From Acidimicrobiia bacterium (GTDB lineage Bacteria; Actinomycetota; Acidimicrobiia; Spongiisociales; UBA4744), in assembly GCA_029863625.1 (NCBI GenBank), contig JAOTUY010000005.1, forward strand, positions 1,495-65,494: a DNA stretch of 64,000 bases, given 5' to 3'. Shown piece by piece: positions 8,027 through 17,413 of this stretch. The stretch's first letter is position 1; the number at the start of each line of letters is the position of its first letter. Below the pieces are notes generated by a model. That model was not told where the DNA came from, ran no database searches, and saw nothing but the letters and a program-made list of their open reading frames with translations. The position numbers were made by a program, and so were the translations under genes.

Positions 8027-11000
8027 ATGTCGACCACCCCGCTGCAGATCTTGAATTGTTTCGACCATTTGTCGGGAACTGCTCGCAATTCGCCCGGCCG
8101 TAACACCACCGAATTCAATAGACTGCGATGGTCGGAAATCGACCTACCGGGGGGTGTCGTGGCCGTAGGGGTGGAAGAGAATGTCGACGCGAGCACTGAC
8201 CTCTATCAGTACTACTTGCCGCGCCTGGTTCAGCAGTGGGACACCGACGCTCCTTCGTCTACCCATCGTCAGATCGATGGGACCATGGTCTTTGTCGACA
8301 TTTCAGGTTTCACGGCGATGTCGGAACGCCTGGCCAGGTTCGGGAAGGTCGGGGCTGAAGAGGTCACCGAAGTCCTGGGGGAATGCTTCAAGGGCTTGCT
8401 AGCGGTTGCGTACCCGCTGGGCGGCCGGCTCATCAAGTTCGGGGGCGATGCCCTCCTATTGCTCTTCGACGGCCCCCTGCACGAACGCCGCGCCGTGAAC
8501 GCAGCGGTGGGAATGCAGCATGCCATACGCACACTGGGCAAGGTCAAGACTTCGGCCGGGAACATGACGTTGCGCATGTCGATCGGTGCTCACTCCGGAG
8601 CGTTCCACTTCTTTCTCGTCGGTGACTCGCATCGAGAGTTGATCCTGACCGGCCCCGCCGCCACCGAAACGGTCAAAATGGAGGGGGCCGCCGAGGCAAC
8701 CGAGATCGTCATATCGAAGGCCACGGCATCCGTTCTTCCCAAGGCGGCCGTCGGCCGGCCGAAGGAACCTGGTTTCCTCGTCCGGGCGGCCGTTCCAGAC
8801 GTTGATGAGGGCACCGTCGACGTCCGCCCCCCGCCCGGCAATCTCGAGCAATACATTCCGGTGGCCGTGCGAGAATCGATCCTGGCAGGAGCCAACGAAC
8901 CCGAACACCGCCAGGTCACCGTTGCGTTTCTGCACTTCATGGGGGTAGATGACCTTCTTTCGGAGCAGGGCCCTGCAGCAGTCAGCCGGGCGCTGTCGGA
9001 ACTGATCGGTCAGGTTCAGAAGGCCATCGATCCGCGCGGTGTGGCCTTCCTCGCCACAGACGTCTACGACGACGGGGGGAAGATCATCCTCGCCGCCGGT
9101 GCCCCGACCGCCACCGGGAACGACTCGGAACGCATGCTGCTGGCATTGCGGGAGATGGTCGGTCAAGACCACGAATTGCCAATCAGGATCGGCGTCAACC
9201 GCGGCCACGTTTTCTCCGGTGACGTAGGCCCCGCCTACCGGCGGACGTACACCATCATGGGCGACGACGTGAACCTGGCCGCCCGTCTCATGTCGGCCGC
9301 CTCGCCGGGAGAGATCTACGCGACACCCGTCGTAGTCGATGGCTCCCGAACCCTGTTTGCCACCCGGGCGCTGGAGCCATTCTCGGTCAAGGGCAAAGCC
9401 GAACCGGTCCAGGCGTTCGAAGTTGGAGAAGAGACCGGGACCCGTTCGACCAGGACCAGGGAAGAACTCCCATTCACGGGCCGCAACGAAGAGCTCACCA
9501 GGCTGACCGACGCTTTGGAGGATGCCCGGCTCGGTTCGGGCGGTGTCTTCGCCATTGTTGGCGACCGGGGCATCGGTAAGACCCGGTTGCTCCAGGAGGC
9601 AGTAGCTCTGGAATCGGACGTACCGGCCGTCACGGTCCGAGCCGAGCCCTACGGCACCGCCTCTCCGTACCGGCCGTTCCGGGACCCCATTCGAGACCTT
9701 CTGGGCGTTGAAGGCGGCGAGCAACAGAAAATGGTCCGTCAACTGGCCAAAGCGGTAGGTCGCCTCGACAAAGAACTTCTTCCCTTCCTGCCGCTGATCG
9801 GTGATGTGACCCATGTGGACGTCGACTCAACCCCCGAGGTCCAAGACATCGACCCTCAGTTCCGTCGGGATCGGCTGGCCGGCGTCGTGATCCGGATTCT
9901 GGAACTCGCCAAACCGGGCCCGCTGGCCGTGATCCTGGAAGAAGGCCAGTGGATGGACGAGGCCTCCACCGAGCTTGCCCAACGGCTGAGCCGGGCGACC
10001 GCCGATCATTCCTGGCTGGTCATGACGACCAGGATCGGTAGCGAGGGCGGCTTCGAACCCGAAGACACCCCGATCATCACCCTTGGTCCCCTCGAGTCGC
10101 AGGACGCATTGTCCATCGTCGTGGCTGCGACCGACGAGAGCCCGCTCCGCCCTCACGACATCGATGCGATCGTGCAGCGAGCCGGCGGCAACCCGCTCTT
10201 CCTCGAAGAGATCCTCACGGTGGTGAGACAGACCGAGTCCGTAGCGGACCTCCCCGATTCACTTGACGCGTTGGTGAGCGCCCAGATCGACGCCCTCGCC
10301 CCGCTGCCAAAACAATTGCTCCGCTACGCCAGCGTGCTCGGTCGCAGCTTCCGTCTGACGGTACTGAACGAGGTGCTGCGCGACGACCCGCTGGAGCTCG
10401 ATTCGAGTGCCCAGGACTCCCTCGTCGGGTTCCTCGAGTCCGAGGGCGGCGACCGTATGCAATTTCGGCACGGGCTCATCCGCGACGTGGCCTACGAGGG
10501 TCTTTCGTACCGCCGTCGCCGTGAACTGCACGCAAAGGCTGCCCATGCGACCGAACGACTGGCCGGCGACGACCCCGACTCGGTCGCCGACCTCCTTGCT
10601 CTTCACTACTCGCTGGCCCAGGAATACCAGCCAACCTGGCACTACGCCCGCATCGCCGGCGACGATGCTCGTGAGGCCTACGCCAACGTTGATGCAGCCA
10701 CCCAATATGAGCGAGCCCTCGAGGCAGCCGGGCGTTTGCGGACAGTTAGCGCTCGGGAGAAGGCGGGGGTCTGGGAAGCCCTTGGCGACGTGCGCGAACG
10801 AGTCGGTCTTTACGATGGCGCAGTCGACGCCTATCGGCGAGCAGTCCGACTCCGTGCCGATGACCCTATCGCTAGAGCTAACCTGCTCCTCAAGCGAGCC
10901 CGGGCCCGGATGCGATCCAGTGCCTACGCCGTCGCGCTCGGCGACACGACCCGTGGTCTGCGCTCCTTGGAGAACCTCGACGGCCACGAAGCAGCCAAGG

Positions 11001-11989
11001 CCCGAGCCGGGATGATTTCGTTCAAGGCCGCCATCCGAATGACACAGGACCGACCGCGAGAAGCTCTCGCCAACGCCCAAGAAGCAGCAGACCTGGCCAG
11101 TCTGACCGGGGAGGACGAAGCGCTGGCCCGCGCCTACGGAATTCTTGACTGGGCCCACCTGGCACTCGGAGAACCCCAGAAGGCCGTGCACGGAACAGAA
11201 TCCTTAGAGATCTCGCTGCGGATCGGCGATCTGGCTCAGGCTGCGTTCATTATGAACAACCTGGGCGGCATGGCCTATTTCGACGGTCGCTGGGACGAGG
11301 CGGTGACGTGGTATGCAAAAAGCCGGGAGGCCTTCCGGCGGGCCGGTAACGATGTGGGAGCGGCCTTCGCGGGCGCCAACACCGGCGAAGTGCTGGTGAG
11401 CCAGTACAGGTTCGACGAAGCTGAACCTGTACTGAGAGAGGCAATCCGCGTCTTGCGCGCCTCCGGTTCGGCGAAAGAAGCCACGTTCGCCGAGACCCAG
11501 CTGGCAAGGTTGCTCACGGAGCGAGGCGAGCACGATGAGGCCCACAACATGCTCAGGCGCATCCACGCTGAGGCAGAGGCGCTCGGCCAGACGATTATCA
11601 CCCTGGAGGCTGCGCTTTATCTCGCCCGCCTGCGGGTCCTCCAGGGCGATCCCGGCGGAGCTCTCGGTGTCCTCGAAAGCGCCGAGGAGGCGGCCGGAGC
11701 CGACGCTGTCCTCCTTGCGTCGGCGCTTGCTCGGACGCGTGCCTCTGCCCTGATCGCAATCGGGAGAATCGCTGAGGCAAGAGGAGTCGTTGAGGGTGGA
11801 TTGGCCGAAGCTCGCCGGCAGGGCCTGGACTACGAGGAAGCCTTGCTACTCCGTCTGGCAACCGATGTCGCCCGTTCGGCCGGCCAGAATGCCGAGCCAA
11901 ATCGCACGAACGAAGCCGAGGCGCTCTTCGAGCGCCTCGGCATTCGCTATCCGTTGAGTGATGATTCAGAGGCTCCGTCGCCTACCTGA
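8027..11989 (+). CDS. multidomain signalling protein with two class III adenylate/guanylate cyclase homology domains, a STAND/AAA ATPase and a TPR-like region
   Basis: The first cyclase domain reads GTMVFVDISGFTAMSE...FGGDALLLLF. The second reads VTVAFLHFMG...IRIGVNRGHVFSGDVG...YTIMGDDVNLAARL. A Walker A follows (FAIVGDRGIGKTRLL) after the sequence FTGRNEELTRL, typical of mycobacterial cyclase/LuxR-family ATPases. The long C-terminus is alpha-helical and repeat-rich, and no LuxR HTH is visible at the end. Confidence 0.85.
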   Translation: MSTTPLQILNCFDHLSGTARNSPGRNTTEFNRLRWSEIDLPGGVVAVGVEENVDASTDLYQYYLPRLVQQWDTDAPSSTHRQIDGTMVFVDISGFTAMSERLARFGKVGAEEVTEVLGECFKGLLAVAYPLGGRLIKFGGDALLLLFDGPLHERRAVNAAVGMQHAIRTLGKVKTSAGNMTLRMSIGAHSGAFHFFLVGDSHRELILTGPAATETVKMEGAAEATEIVISKATASVLPKAAVGRPKEPGFLVRAAVPDVDEGTVDVRPPPGNLEQYIPVAVRESILAGANEPEHRQVTVAFLHFMGVDDLLSEQGPAAVSRALSELIGQVQKAIDPRGVAFLATDVYDDGGKIILAAGAPTATGNDSERMLLALREMVGQDHELPIRIGVNRGHVFSGDVGPAYRRTYTIMGDDVNLAARLMSAASPGEIYATPVVVDGSRTLFATRALEPFSVKGKAEPVQAFEVGEETGTRSTRTREELPFTGRNEELTRLTDALEDARLGSGGVFAIVGDRGIGKTRLLQEAVALESDVPAVTVRAEPYGTASPYRPFRDPIRDLLGVEGGEQQKMVRQLAKAVGRLDKELLPFLPLIGDVTHVDVDSTPEVQDIDPQFRRDRLAGVVIRILELAKPGPLAVILEEGQWMDEASTELAQRLSRATADHSWLVMTTRIGSEGGFEPEDTPIITLGPLESQDALSIVVAATDESPLRPHDIDAIVQRAGGNPLFLEEILTVVRQTESVADLPDSLDALVSAQIDALAPLPKQLLRYASVLGRSFRLTVLNEVLRDDPLELDSSAQDSLVGFLESEGGDRMQFRHGLIRDVAYEGLSYRRRRELHAKAAHATERLAGDDPDSVADLLALHYSLAQEYQPTWHYARIAGDDAREAYANVDAATQYERALEAAGRLRTVSAREKAGVWEALGDVRERVGLYDGAVDAYRRAVRLRADDPIARANLLLKRARARMRSSAYAVALGDTTRGLRSLENLDGHEAAKARAGMISFKAAIRMTQDRPREALANAQEAADLASLTGEDEALARAYGILDWAHLALGEPQKAVHGTESLEISLRIGDLAQAAFIMNNLGGMAYFDGRWDEAVTWYAKSREAFRRAGNDVGAAFAGANTGEVLVSQYRFDEAEPVLREAIRVLRASGSAKEATFAETQLARLLTERGEHDEAHNMLRRIHAEAEALGQTIITLEAALYLARLRVLQGDPGGALGVLESAEEAAGADAVLLASALARTRASALIAIGRIAEARGVVEGGLAEARRQGLDYEEALLLRLATDVARSAGQNAEPNRTNEAEALFERLGIRYPLSDDSEAPSPT

Positions 11990-13466
11990 TGCCGAACACC
12001 GGGTCGTCGTTCCCGAAGGAACCGTAGACGTCGATCACCGAGCCGGCGCCCAGGCTGGTTGTGTTGATAGCAGCCAGACACCAGGTGGCCTGAACCAGGT
12101 CGGTGTCAATGACCCCAACCAGGCTCGGGAACAGGTCATCGCCAACACCCGGATCCGGACCTGCCAGCTCGGGGAACAAGCCCTCTTCTATCGCGGCAGC
12201 AGGCCGCAGATTGCAGGCCTGCATGTCCACCAGCGGAGCCGGTCCGTCCAGATCACGATCGTATTGGAGGATCGGCTGCGGGTCACTCGGGCTTCGACTG
12301 TCGAAGACAATGTCACCCCGGTAGTTGGCGGTGATATCGGGACTGAACGGATCAAACGAAACGAACAACGTTGTCGCGTCCATGGTGTAGGGCTTTGGTG
12401 GTCCCGAACATCCAGCGGCAACATCATCGTTACTCGTGAAGATCCTCTTGATGAACGAGGTGAAGCCCGCCTCATTTGTGGCTTCGGCAGTATCACCGCA
12501 GTCCAGTTCACCGTCGTAAACGATCACATCCCTGACCACTCGTATCGCATCATTTCCGGAAGTGTCGGATGCCTCGTAAGTGATTGTGTAGTTACCAGCT
12601 GTAGTCACCAAGCCACCGTCCACGGGGACCGTGGAAGTCCCATAGACGATGTCGTCAGGATCGAAGTTATCTCTGAAGTCGGCACCTGGATCGATGAATT
12701 CATCGCCGACAATGAAGATCAGGGGATTGCCTCCAATCAGAGAAAGCACCGGGGCTTCGCTGTCGGTGGCCATTGTGAAGTACGTGTCATACCCTGCCCC
12801 GGGGTCGTCCAGCAACGAAACTGACCCATCGGCTGGAGAAGAGACGCTGATTTCGACGGCATCGAAAAGGTAGCTTTCACCAACAGCCGGCAGCTCGAAC
12901 AGATGCCGGTCGTCGCCCGAGTCGGGCCCACAATCACTGCCTAAGCACGCGAACGTTGCAGGCGTCCCAATCTCAGATCCATCCTTGAAGGCCTGGATCT
13001 CGCCGGTCGCCCCGAACTTCAGTTTGATCCCGAACTGGGCCTGGTCGGCATACCAATGGCCGATGATGAGACCGGCCAACTCAATCCTGAGGATCTCACC
13101 GCGGTCCAACTGCGTGCCGTTGATCCTCGCACAGGGTGTCCCATTGCCCTCACCCTGGGCTAACACGCCCAGAATGTGGTCTTTGAGGCCTGGTCCAGGG
13201 TTATTACGGTTGGCCTCGGCCGAAAGTTCGACAAGTAGGTGGCCGCTCGGATCAGGATCATTGACGCGACAACCCGACCTACTCAGAGCCTGCGTATAGT
13301 CCGGTGACCCCCCAGCCGGACCCAGCGTGAACTTGTCGCCGTCAGTGTCGTTCATCACGAGGTCGAGTCTTTGACCTGGGACTCCTCCCGAAGCTATCGA
13401 GGCCGTCACCAGCAACGCTCCGACCATGCCGACCACGAGCGCAAGAATCGTCAACTTGCGTTTCAT
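11982..13466 (-). CDS. secreted protein with Ig-like (DUF5011-type) domain
   Basis: The signal peptide is MKRKLTILALVVGMVGALLVTASIASG (start taken at this Met, not the upstream Met of the long ORF). The internal segment PVLSLIGGNPLIFIVGDEFIDPGADFRDN...TAGNYTITYEASDTSGNDAIRVVRDVIV matches the DUF5011/Ig-like pattern. It is convergent with the cyclase gene, overlapping it by 8 nt. Confidence 0.7.
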   Translation of the reverse strand: MKRKLTILALVVGMVGALLVTASIASGGVPGQRLDLVMNDTDGDKFTLGPAGGSPDYTQALSRSGCRVNDPDPSGHLLVELSAEANRNNPGPGLKDHILGVLAQGEGNGTPCARINGTQLDRGEILRIELAGLIIGHWYADQAQFGIKLKFGATGEIQAFKDGSEIGTPATFACLGSDCGPDSGDDRHLFELPAVGESYLFDAVEISVSSPADGSVSLLDDPGAGYDTYFTMATDSEAPVLSLIGGNPLIFIVGDEFIDPGADFRDNFDPDDIVYGTSTVPVDGGLVTTAGNYTITYEASDTSGNDAIRVVRDVIVYDGELDCGDTAEATNEAGFTSFIKRIFTSNDDVAAGCSGPPKPYTMDATTLFVSFDPFSPDITANYRGDIVFDSRSPSDPQPILQYDRDLDGPAPLVDMQACNLRPAAAIEEGLFPELAGPDPGVGDDLFPSLVGVIDTDLVQATWCLAAINTTSLGAGSVIDVYGSFGNDDPVFGIR

Positions 13467-13739
13467 ACCAACCGACCTCCCTTTGGCGGCGCAATACAGC
13501 ACCGTTGTATCAGTTCAGGGTCGAGGAGGCACAATAGACGCCCGGACCCACCGTCCGGGTATCCGTAACGTCGTTCCACGCCTCCCACCGCGATGAACCC
13601 AATCCCCTTCGTTACGTACCGAACCCTACGATGTCACAAGTAGTGAGATTCGTAAAGGGATTCTTTCCGACACCAGGTTGTGAACTCTGATCAAAAGGGA
13701 CTCGATCTGCCCCTCTTGATTGGCGCTACCCGCGTCCCG

Positions 13740-14579
13740 CTAATCGACACAGGTCGTCAAACCGACCCGCCCGGGCACAAGCTCGAACTCGAGATCGTGA
13801 CTCTCGGACATCTCCGCCATAGCTCGATCCAGCATCTCATCCGAATGCCCGGGGTCATGGTGAAACGTGACCAGCTGTTTCACACTTGCCAGCGCGGCAA
13901 ACGCCAGCGCGTGATCGAACGTGCTGTGGCCCCACCCGACCCGACTCTTGTACTCATCGTCGGTGTACTGAGCGTCATGGATCAACACATCGACTCCGTG
14001 AGCCAGCTCAAAACCCGAGGTCCAGTCCGGTACATCGGGGAACTCCGCCACCCCCAGGGCCGGCTCGTGATCGGGCAGATAGGCAAGGACACACTCCGGG
14101 GATTCGATCCGATATCCCATCGTAGGTCCGGGGTGGGTGATGAGCTCGGCGCGCACGGTAAGGCTTCCCAGGGCGAACGAGGCCGGCGGACGGATCTCGT
14201 GCAGCGTGACGTCGGGGAGGTCGCGCAGCATGACCGGGAACAACGGCGGGGACAGATACCGGGTCAGCCGTTCGCGCAGACCAAGCGTCGTCGAACCCGG
14301 ACCCCATACGTGGACTTCGATCTCGGGGTCAAACAGCGGGGAGAAAAACCCAAGACCCTGGATGTGGTCCATGTGGAGGTGGGTGAGGAGGATGTCGACT
14401 CGTTTAGTCCCACTCGGCGTCTGCTCGCCGATCGGCCGGATCCCCGAACCGGCGTCGAGCACGACGAATTCACCGGCCGGACCTCGCAACTCAACGGCAG
14501 CCGTGTCGCCGCCGTACTGAACCGTGTCCGGCCCACCGCTGGCCAACGATCCCCGCGTTCCCCACAGGGTGACCTTCAC
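13740..14579 (-). CDS. MBL-fold metallo-hydrolase
   Basis: 279 aa with the HxHxDH motif (LTHLHMDHIQGLGFF), downstream His/Asp ligands (VLIHDAQY, GWGHST) and C-terminal HHDPGHSDE. Its start overlaps the stop of the upstream PAS gene as ATGA. Confidence 0.8.
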   Translation of the reverse strand: MKVTLWGTRGSLASGGPDTVQYGGDTAAVELRGPAGEFVVLDAGSGIRPIGEQTPSGTKRVDILLTHLHMDHIQGLGFFSPLFDPEIEVHVWGPGSTTLGLRERLTRYLSPPLFPVMLRDLPDVTLHEIRPPASFALGSLTVRAELITHPGPTMGYRIESPECVLAYLPDHEPALGVAEFPDVPDWTSGFELAHGVDVLIHDAQYTDDEYKSRVGWGHSTFDHALAFAALASVKQLVTFHHDPGHSDEMLDRAMAEMSESHDLEFELVPGRVGLTTCVD

Positions 14580-15172
14580 GAGTCGTGCGTCTCCCAGAAC
14601 ATGGCCACGGCGCCGAGGTGGCGGCCTCCCTGGCCTTCAACCGGAAAGGCGGTGATCGCCAGAATCCGCCACACCCCGTCGAGGCCCCTCACTCGCACCG
14701 TGTCGTGACTGGGCACCCGCCCGACCAAGGCGACAACGATTGGCAGCTCAGCATTCGGATAGGGCTTCCCATCAAGCCTGGTCGTATGGAAGTGCTCGGC
14801 GAGCTGATCGGCATTAATCTCACCCGCCTCCTCGAAGCGGACCCCGAGCAACGCCTCCGCCGGTTCGTTGTAGTAGAGGAGATTCCCAGAATCGTCGATC
14901 AGCCAGACGGGGAGAGCGAGGTAGGAGGCCCACTGCTTGAGGAGGATGAGCTCGATCGGCTGTTGGGCCATGTGCCTCCCGTTCGGATTCAGTTTTCCAT
15001 CATGACGCAAAACGGGTATGTCTGCACGAAGTTCTTCGGAACCTGTTGCGACCAAAAAGTCGGGGTCAGAGGTTGAGCCGTCCAGCCCGCCCTCCTCCAT
15101 TACTTGAACAGCCTGACGGTAGCCGGCGTCGATCAGCCCGAACGCCGAGAGCAGCCCGACATGGTCGACCAA
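14576..15172 (-). CDS. stand-alone PAS-like sensor domain protein
   Basis: 198 aa. The segment LPVWLIDDSGNLLYYNEPAEALLGVRFEEAGEI...PIVVALVGRVPSHDTVRVRGLDGVWRILAITAFPV has PAS-fold spacing. There are no TM segments or output domain. It is operonic between the two MBL genes. Confidence 0.6.
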   Translation of the reverse strand: MVDHVGLLSAFGLIDAGYRQAVQVMEEGGLDGSTSDPDFLVATGSEELRADIPVLRHDGKLNPNGRHMAQQPIELILLKQWASYLALPVWLIDDSGNLLYYNEPAEALLGVRFEEAGEINADQLAEHFHTTRLDGKPYPNAELPIVVALVGRVPSHDTVRVRGLDGVWRILAITAFPVEGQGGRHLGAVAMFWETHDS

Positions 15173-15236
15173 AGGGTGTTCACCATTCCCCTATGTGCCG
15201 CCGGCAAAATCTGGGAACGACGGGTGAGGGTGTCGT

Positions 15237-16067
15237 TCAGAACTCGATCTGCATGCCCTCGAAGGCCCCGTCGGTGGCGGGGAACTTCTCACGTGCCAAA
15301 GCGACGATTGCGTCGATTTCATCATCCGAGCGATGCGGATCGTGACTGACCAGAACCAGTCTTTTGACCCGTGATTCGAGAGCCGCCGCAACGGCATGGT
15401 GCCGCGTGCTGTGGCCCCATCCAACGTAGAGGCTGGGGTACTCATCGGGTGTGTATTGCGCATCGTGGATGAGAACATCCACGCCTGCGGCGAAGGTCCT
15501 CAGCGTCTCATCGGAGGCCGGGTCGCCTCGTTCGTAATCGGTGGCCAGGACAATCGTGTTGGCACCGTTGGAAATACGGTAGGCGGTAACGCCCTGCGGG
15601 TGATGGAGCGTCGCCGGGTCGATCGTCAGCCGCCCGACCCGGAAGGGCGATCCCGCCAGGTCGACGTACTCCTTGCCGGCCGCCGTCTCGAAGATGGAAA
15701 CCGGGAACCAGGGCGGTCGGAGAGCACCCTCCACGGCTTCCCTCACGCCCATACCTTCCCAGCTGTGCCCGTAGAAGGTGAACCGGTTTCGCTCATCGAA
15801 GAGGGGCGGGAAGAAGAGAATGCCCTGCAGATGATCCCAGTGGTAGTGGGTGAGGAAAACATGGAAGTCGATACCGTCCGGAGGGATAACCAGATCTTGA
15901 GCCAGGGTGGTGATCCCGGTTCCACCGTCGATGATCAGTCTCTGTCTGGTGCCAAGGTCGATGTCGATGCTGAGGGTATGACCACCGTATCTCTCGGTGG
16001 TCGGTCCCGACACGGGCATGGACCCCCGGACACCTCGAAACGTGAGGGTGACTGGTTGGTCGGCCAT
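15237..16067 (-). CDS. MBL-fold metallo-hydrolase (paralog of 13740-14579)
   Basis: 276 aa with HxHxDH (LTHYHWDHLQGILFF), VLIHDAQYT, GWGHST and SHDPHRSDDE. It has the same architecture as the downstream MBL gene and clearly similar sequence. Confidence 0.8.
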   Translation of the reverse strand: MADQPVTLTFRGVRGSMPVSGPTTERYGGHTLSIDIDLGTRQRLIIDGGTGITTLAQDLVIPPDGIDFHVFLTHYHWDHLQGILFFPPLFDERNRFTFYGHSWEGMGVREAVEGALRPPWFPVSIFETAAGKEYVDLAGSPFRVGRLTIDPATLHHPQGVTAYRISNGANTIVLATDYERGDPASDETLRTFAAGVDVLIHDAQYTPDEYPSLYVGWGHSTRHHAVAAALESRVKRLVLVSHDPHRSDDEIDAIVALAREKFPATDGAFEGMQIEF

Positions 16068-16165
16068 GGTGACATGTCCCTGTGTGGACTGCGATGCGAC
16101 ACCCTATCCGGTATCGACGCTTGCGTGCATGAATTCTTCTCCGACATGTCGCCGGAACGGCCGGT

Positions 16166-17413
16166 ATGCTCGTCCACCGAACCAACGTTCAGGGAGGGGA
16201 GGGCTCATCGGTGAAGGTCACCGCTATTCGACCACCCCGGTTGCGTACCACCGAGACCGAAGCAGAGCGCAAGGTCACCTGGACCGAGCTTTTCTACGAC
16301 CTGGTTTTCGTCGTGGCTGTTTCCGGTTTGGGCGCTCGACTCCTCGACGATCCGACGATACGAGGAGCGGCCGCTTTCACCGGCCTGTTTGTCCCGTTGT
16401 GGTGGGCCTGGGCCGGGTTCACCTTCTACGCCGATCGCTACGACACCGACGATCTGGGCCAGCGAATCCTGGCCGTTGCCCAGATGGTCACCATCGCCCT
16501 GATGGCCGCCAGCATCTCGGGAGACGAAACCCAGTCGCTCATCGGGTTCGCGCTCGCCTATGTCGGAGCCCGGTTGATTCTCATCGTCATGTACCTGCGG
16601 GCCCGCCGCCACGTCCCGGAAACCCGCCAATTAGTCGGCGGCTACGTGCGCGGCATGTCGATAGCGGTCGCCTTCTGGCTGGTTTCTATCTTTATCCCGG
16701 AGCCGTTCCGGTATTTCCTCTGGGCTATTGGACTGCTCATCGACGGCTACACCCCCTACCGCCTCAGGCGCATCCAGGCCAAAGTGCCCCTCGATGTCGC
16801 CCATCTCCCTGAGAGGTTCGGGCTGTTCACCATCCTGGTGCTCGGCGAGTCCATCGCCGCCACTGTGGCGGGGCTGGGCCACGAAGGCTGGAACGCCGGA
16901 CCGGTCGTGACCGCCGTACTGGCCGTGGTGGTAGCCGCCGGCTTGTGGTGGGTCTACTTCGACAACCTCGATGGAACCGTCGTGCGCCGTCGGGCAAATC
17001 AGAAGACCGCCTGGAAACCCACGACGTGGATCTACGGCCACCTGCCCCTGGCCATCGGCTTGATGGCCACCGCCATCGGCTTGGAAGGGGCAGTCATTGG
17101 CGCCGGCGGGCACGACTGGCCGGCCAATGAAAGGTGGTTGCTCGTCGCCGGGGTAGGCGGAGCGCTGATCGGGATCGGCATCATAGAAGTCGCCACCGAG
17201 CGTCGGGACAATGCCGTGTCCCGACTCAAGGCACAGTGGCGGGTCGTCGGAGGAGTCATCGCGGCCGTCATCGGCCTCCTAGGAGGCCTCACCGGACCAC
17301 TCGTCACCATGGCACTTCTCGCTCTGCTCTGCGCAGCTCAGGTCGGCGGAGACGTCTGGCTCAACCAGCGGGAAGCCGCCAATGCCGGAGGCGTAGACAT
17401 TCAGGACGGCTGA
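16166..17413 (+). CDS. LtrA (low temperature requirement A) family membrane protein
   Basis: The N-terminal VTWTELFYDLVFVVAVS matches the hallmark LtrA/DUF1211 motif (ELFFDLVFVFAI), followed by multiple TM helices. The true start may be downstream of the annotated Met (for example the in-frame GTG at VKVTA). Confidence 0.75.
   Translation: MLVHRTNVQGGEGSSVKVTAIRPPRLRTTETEAERKVTWTELFYDLVFVVAVSGLGARLLDDPTIRGAAAFTGLFVPLWWAWAGFTFYADRYDTDDLGQRILAVAQMVTIALMAASISGDETQSLIGFALAYVGARLILIVMYLRARRHVPETRQLVGGYVRGMSIAVAFWLVSIFIPEPFRYFLWAIGLLIDGYTPYRLRRIQAKVPLDVAHLPERFGLFTILVLGESIAATVAGLGHEGWNAGPVVTAVLAVVVAAGLWWVYFDNLDGTVVRRRANQKTAWKPTTWIYGHLPLAIGLMATAIGLEGAVIGAGGHDWPANERWLLVAGVGGALIGIGIIEVATERRDNAVSRLKAQWRVVGGVIAAVIGLLGGLTGPLVTMALLALLCAAQVGGDVWLNQREAANAGGVDIQDG

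Noticed and set aside
8456-9814. 452-aa ORF on the minus strand
   Set aside because: It lies entirely antisense within the cyclase-STAND gene. It is Arg/Gly-rich with low complexity, typical of spurious antisense ORFs in high-GC DNA.
13680-14708. 342-aa plus-strand ORF
   Set aside because: Antisense to the MBL hydrolase and PAS genes, whose HxHxDH and PAS motifs clearly identify the real frame.
15997-16812. 271-aa plus-strand ORF
   Set aside because: Overlaps the LtrA gene in another frame. Its composition is extreme in Arg, Pro and His, unlike any protein.
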